44,505 nucleotides of DNA, from NCBI GenBank assembly GCA_001303695.1, contig LJUC01000030.1, positions 1 through 44,505 on the forward strand. The letters are read 5' to 3'. Each line of letters starts with the position of its first letter. Positions within the stretch are counted from its first letter, which is position 1. The position numbers were made by a program, and so were the translations under genes. The notes below the pieces were generated by a model. It made no database searches, had not been told where the DNA came from, and was given only the letters and a program-made list of their open reading frames with translations. Origin of the DNA: Phycisphaerae bacterium SM23_30. Lineage in GTDB: Bacteria > Planctomycetota > Phycisphaerae > Sedimentisphaerales > SM23-30. Below are positions 40,640 to 44,505 of the stretch, piece by piece.

Positions 40640-43417
40640 ATGAAAACAAAAAGAAAAATGATGTGGTTGATGGCCGTTCTTGCGGTCATGGTTGTTTGTG
40701 GTAACTTACCGGCTCAAGAAAATAGCGAAAAGAAGCCTTTAAGCATCGAAGATTATATGCTTTGGCGCAATATAGGTTCGACCGCCATCTCCGACGACGG
40801 CAACTGGTTTACCTATGCCTACAGCCGGCGCAACGAGGACGCTTCGTTATACATCAAGCATCTGACCAGTGACAAAATTATTGAAGTGGAGCGGGGTTCG
40901 TCGCCGCGCTTTTCCGATGACTGCCGCTGGGTGGCCTATAACATCAATCCTCCGGCAAGTCAAGGGAGCCAGCAGCGCGGGCAACAACCGAGCCCTCCGC
41001 CTCAGCAACCGGGCCGGCGGGGCCAGCCAAACCAAGCCGGATCACGCAAAGTGGAATTGCTGGATCTGTCCACCAATGAAAAATATTCGGTGGAAAATGT
41101 ATCTTCGTTTAGTTTCACCAAGGGATCAAAATATTTTATTGTCCGCAAAAGAGCATCAGGTTCAGGGGGCAGAGGTTCCGATCTATTGCTGCGGAATCTG
41201 GAAACAGGTATGAACGAATTGATTGGTAACGTATCGGAATTTAGCGTAAATAAAACGGGCGTCCTGCTGGCTTTTATTATTGACGTGGAAGATAAGGCCG
41301 GCAATGGTCTATACCTGATTGATCTGGCTACCCACACCCGTCGGCCTTTGGATACCGATAAGGCGGTCTATGAGCGGATGACCTGGGACGAAGAAGGGAC
41401 GGCTTTGGCGGTGTTGAAGGGTGATAAGAAGGTAAGTTATGTTCAGAAAGAAAATATTTTGCTGGTCTTTATGGATCTGGATAAGGCTCAACCCGACAAG
41501 ACCGTATATGATCCGGCGACAGCGTTTGATTTTCCCAAGGATATGGTGATCAGTGAAAATGCGGGCCTTTCCTTCAATCCCGATTTAACGAAGGTATTTT
41601 TGGGCATCAAGGAACAGGAAAAAGAGCCGGAAAAACCCAAAGACGCCGAGCCGGTGGCCGACGTGGATATTTTCCACTGGAAAGACGATCAGCTGCAAAC
41701 CGTGCAAAAGGTGCAGGCCAGCCGGGATCGTAACTTTACTTATCAAGCGGTGTTTCATCTGGATACCAAGCGTTTTGTGCGGCTGACTGATGAAAAAATG
41801 CGCCAGATCAGCCTTACTCGCAACGGTAAATGGGGTGTCGGTCAAGACAACCAGGCTTACATCTCCGACTGGAAGCCGCGGGTGGCTGATTACTATCGTG
41901 TTAACACCGGCACCGGCGAACGCACCTTAATGTTCAAAGCTCATGAACGAACTATGGGGCTATCGCCGGACAGCAAGCACTTTCTCTACTGGAAAGACCA
42001 TCACGTCTGGGACTATCGCCTGGAAACCGGCGCAACAATCAACCTGACCAAAAACGCCTCCGTCAGTTACATTAACACCGAGGATGACCATACCGGCTCC
42101 AAACGCCCCTACGGCGTGACCGGCTGGACCAAAGACGGCCAGGCAGTGATCTTGACCCATCGGTATGACCTGTATCTGCAGCCTCTGGACGGCGGTGAAG
42201 CCACTAATCTTACCGGCGGTTATGGGGATGACAATGACATTAGCCTGCGCTATGTCAGAGTGGATACGGAGGAGCGATTTATTGATTTATCCCAACCGAT
42301 ATTGTTATCGGCTTTTGGGCAATGGACGAAAAAAGCGGGCTACTATGAATTAAACAACGGCAAGCTGGAACAGTTAATATATGAAGATAAGAAATTCGGT
42401 CGGCTGACCAAGGTCAAAAACGCCGACAAGTTTATTTACACCATCTCCACTTTCCATGATTTTCCCGATTATTATATCAGCGATACTAAATTTACCTATC
42501 CCAAACGCCTCACCGACGCCAATCCGCAACAATCGGAATATAAATGGGGTTATCGTATCCTTTTTGATTACACCAATAACGATGGTGTCCGTCTGCAGGG
42601 TACTTTGGCTATCCCTGATGACTATGAAGATGGTCAGAAGCTGCCTATGCTGGTGAATTTCTACGAAAAATATTCTCAGAACCTGCATAATTATTATTCA
42701 CCGGGGTACGCCTCCAGCCCGCAGTTTGCCGGCTTTGTCAGTCAGGGTTACCTGGTGATGCAGCCGGACGTTCATTTTCGCACCCGCACCTCACACAGCG
42801 ACATGCTGGAATGCGTGGAAGCGGCGGTCAAGAAGGTAATCGAGATGGGATATGCCGATCCAGAACGCATCGGCCTGCACGGTCACAGTTACAGCGGCGG
42901 CGGTTCGGCTTACATTTCCACGCGCTCGAAAATGTTCGCCGCCATTGCCGCCGGAGCTGCCCCGATTAACTTGACCAGCGAATTCAACCAGCTTTTCAAC
43001 AGCAGCGGCCAAAACAACCACAGCTACGATATTTACGGCCAGGGCCGTTACGGCACCAATCCCTATGATGATCCTGAGTTGTATCGAGAGCAATCGGCCA
43101 TTACCCACGTCCGCACCATGAACACCCCGCTTTTATACCTGCATGGCGTGGATGACCCCACGGTGGAATATCTCCAGGGCATGGAGTTTTATAACGGCCT
43201 CCGCTTTAATGAAAAACCGGTGATATTTCTTTCCTACCCGGGCGAAGGGCACGGCCTGCGCAGATTAGAGAATCAGAAGGATTTCACGATTCGCCTGCAT
43301 CAGTTTTTCGACCATCACCTCAAAGGAAAACCCGCTCCCGAATGGATGACCAAAGGCGTACCCTATCTGAAAAAGGAAAAAATGCGGGCCGCGGGCGAAA
43401 TTATCTATAAAGATTGA
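40640..43417 (+). CDS. secreted S9 family serine peptidase, paralog 2
   Basis: Collinear with 35210-37960; GHSYSG, HGVDDPTV and YPGEGHG; signal peptide. Confidence 0.9.
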   Translation: MKTKRKMMWLMAVLAVMVVCGNLPAQENSEKKPLSIEDYMLWRNIGSTAISDDGNWFTYAYSRRNEDASLYIKHLTSDKIIEVERGSSPRFSDDCRWVAYNINPPASQGSQQRGQQPSPPPQQPGRRGQPNQAGSRKVELLDLSTNEKYSVENVSSFSFTKGSKYFIVRKRASGSGGRGSDLLLRNLETGMNELIGNVSEFSVNKTGVLLAFIIDVEDKAGNGLYLIDLATHTRRPLDTDKAVYERMTWDEEGTALAVLKGDKKVSYVQKENILLVFMDLDKAQPDKTVYDPATAFDFPKDMVISENAGLSFNPDLTKVFLGIKEQEKEPEKPKDAEPVADVDIFHWKDDQLQTVQKVQASRDRNFTYQAVFHLDTKRFVRLTDEKMRQISLTRNGKWGVGQDNQAYISDWKPRVADYYRVNTGTGERTLMFKAHERTMGLSPDSKHFLYWKDHHVWDYRLETGATINLTKNASVSYINTEDDHTGSKRPYGVTGWTKDGQAVILTHRYDLYLQPLDGGEATNLTGGYGDDNDISLRYVRVDTEERFIDLSQPILLSAFGQWTKKAGYYELNNGKLEQLIYEDKKFGRLTKVKNADKFIYTISTFHDFPDYYISDTKFTYPKRLTDANPQQSEYKWGYRILFDYTNNDGVRLQGTLAIPDDYEDGQKLPMLVNFYEKYSQNLHNYYSPGYASSPQFAGFVSQGYLVMQPDVHFRTRTSHSDMLECVEAAVKKVIEMGYADPERIGLHGHSYSGGGSAYISTRSKMFAAIAAGAAPINLTSEFNQLFNSSGQNNHSYDIYGQGRYGTNPYDDPELYREQSAITHVRTMNTPLLYLHGVDDPTVEYLQGMEFYNGLRFNEKPVIFLSYPGEGHGLRRLENQKDFTIRLHQFFDHHLKGKPAPEWMTKGVPYLKKEKMRAAGEIIYKD

Positions 43418-43462
43418 TCTAACTGTACTGTCTTATTAAAACAGAACGGGTGGCACCGGTGC

Positions 43463-43491
43463 CATGCCCACGCTTGCGTGGGCATGTTTTT
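43463..43491 (+). terminator. strong hairpin with T-tract between convergent genes (terminator or REP)
   Basis: CATGCCCACG-CTTG-CGTGGGCATG-TTTTT; adjacent palindrome TGGCACCGGTGCCA at 43451-43464. Confidence 0.7.
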
Positions 43492-43563
43492 ATATTGCAG
43501 TAATACAAAGTGCCCAAGTTAACGTATGGAGCAAAGCCCTACCCTATTGACTCTTAATAAAAA

Positions 43564-44505
43564 TCATTGATAGGGGATTGGTTTACAAAGGGCGCGTAAT
43601 TTCTCCGGCGGGGTGTCGCCGGGGATCTCGCAGCCGGCGTTGACAAAATAGGGATTGCCGACGGTTTTATAGATTTCCTCGAAACCCTGCCGGATTTTAT
43701 CGGGAGTGGAATTCCTAACGGCATGAACGGGGTCGAGGTTGCCGGTAAGGACTACCTTATCGCCCAGGATTGCTCGCGCCTTTTCCATATCGACCATCCA
43801 GTCGCAATCTATAATATCGATCCCCAAAGCAGCTATCAGAGGTAAATGCCGATTGATATCGCCGCAGATATGCAGCCGCACTAAACCATCCCTTTCATGG
43901 ATTGCCTCCACCAAACGTATTTCGTGGACCAGCACCAACTGCTCATACATTCTGGGAGAAATCTGGCTGACAATGGCATCGCCCACTCCGATGGTATCTG
44001 CCCCTTCTTCAATTTGCGCCCGGGCAAATGCAATCGCCATATCCACACACAGGGTCATCAGTTCATTACAAAATGTTATATTATCCGTCAGGTCCATCAT
44101 AAAATTGGTCACGCCGCGGAGATTGGCGGCTTCGGCAGCGGGGCCTTCCACCCAACCGGTGATGGAATATTGTCGCCCGCCGAATTCTTTATATGCTCGT
44201 ATTGCTTTAACTGCATTACTCATCCGTTCGGAGTTGACCGGGTTCGGACTTTGCAGTAAGTTCAAATCGGTCCTCTCCTGCAGCGGATGATGTAATACAC
44301 GGGGAATTGTATCTTTCTGATATTCAATTTCGCCGCCGAAGTCGGTCATCTCCCGCCAGGGATCGGACATGATATCCAACTGATCTATGCCGAAATCCTC
44401 TACCAGACGCCGGTTCGCCTCTACCAGCACCTTATAATCCCGGGCGAAATCGGCAAAACTCGCGTTGATATATCGGGCGGCAAAGTGCATCAAAATCGGT
44501 ATCCG
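43564..44505 (-). CDS. uroporphyrinogen decarboxylase / MtaA-CmuA methyltransferase superfamily protein (5' end outside window)
   Basis: EGP..EAANLRG, LHICG, GNLDP and AGCEIP (H-x-C...C zinc ligands); the frame is open to the window edge. Confidence 0.85.
   Translation of the reverse strand, partial: RIPILMHFAARYINASFADFARDYKVLVEANRRLVEDFGIDQLDIMSDPWREMTDFGGEIEYQKDTIPRVLHHPLQERTDLNLLQSPNPVNSERMSNAVKAIRAYKEFGGRQYSITGWVEGPAAEAANLRGVTNFMMDLTDNITFCNELMTLCVDMAIAFARAQIEEGADTIGVGDAIVSQISPRMYEQLVLVHEIRLVEAIHERDGLVRLHICGDINRHLPLIAALGIDIIDCDWMVDMEKARAILGDKVVLTGNLDPVHAVRNSTPDKIRQGFEEIYKTVGNPYFVNAGCEIPGDTPPEKLRALCKPIPYQ

Overview
Positions 1-30.9 kb are one uninterrupted minus-strand housekeeping super-cluster. 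In transcription order: tRNA-Thr, tuf, rpmG, tRNA-Trp, secE, nusG, rplKAJL, rpoBC, rpsLG, fusA, the S10 and spc operons, secY, adk (pseudogene), map, infA, rpmJ, rpsM, rpsK. Several signatures suggest a Planctomycetota genome, possibly Phycisphaerae (inference): no rpmD, S12 GGRVRDLPG, a remodelled EF-Tu switch I and the RpoB rifampicin-pocket motif. After an AT-rich divergent gap (~31.0-31.47 kb) comes a plus-strand catabolic cluster: two YtcJ-like amidohydrolase lipoproteins, two paralogous secreted S9 peptidases, an APC permease and an ACMSD-like amidohydrolase. A convergent UroD/MtaA-family gene is cut by the window edge. The most notable observation is uL22 with an N-terminal XRE-type helix-turn-helix domain, in an operon that also has an overlapping bidirectional promoter and a terminator-like hairpin between rpsJ and rplC. 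Also notable are a multiply disabled adk, a secY split by a small deletion, an rplL with no canonical start at its conserved N-terminus, and several REP-like and short-period repeats. No CRISPR, rRNA or transposase was seen.
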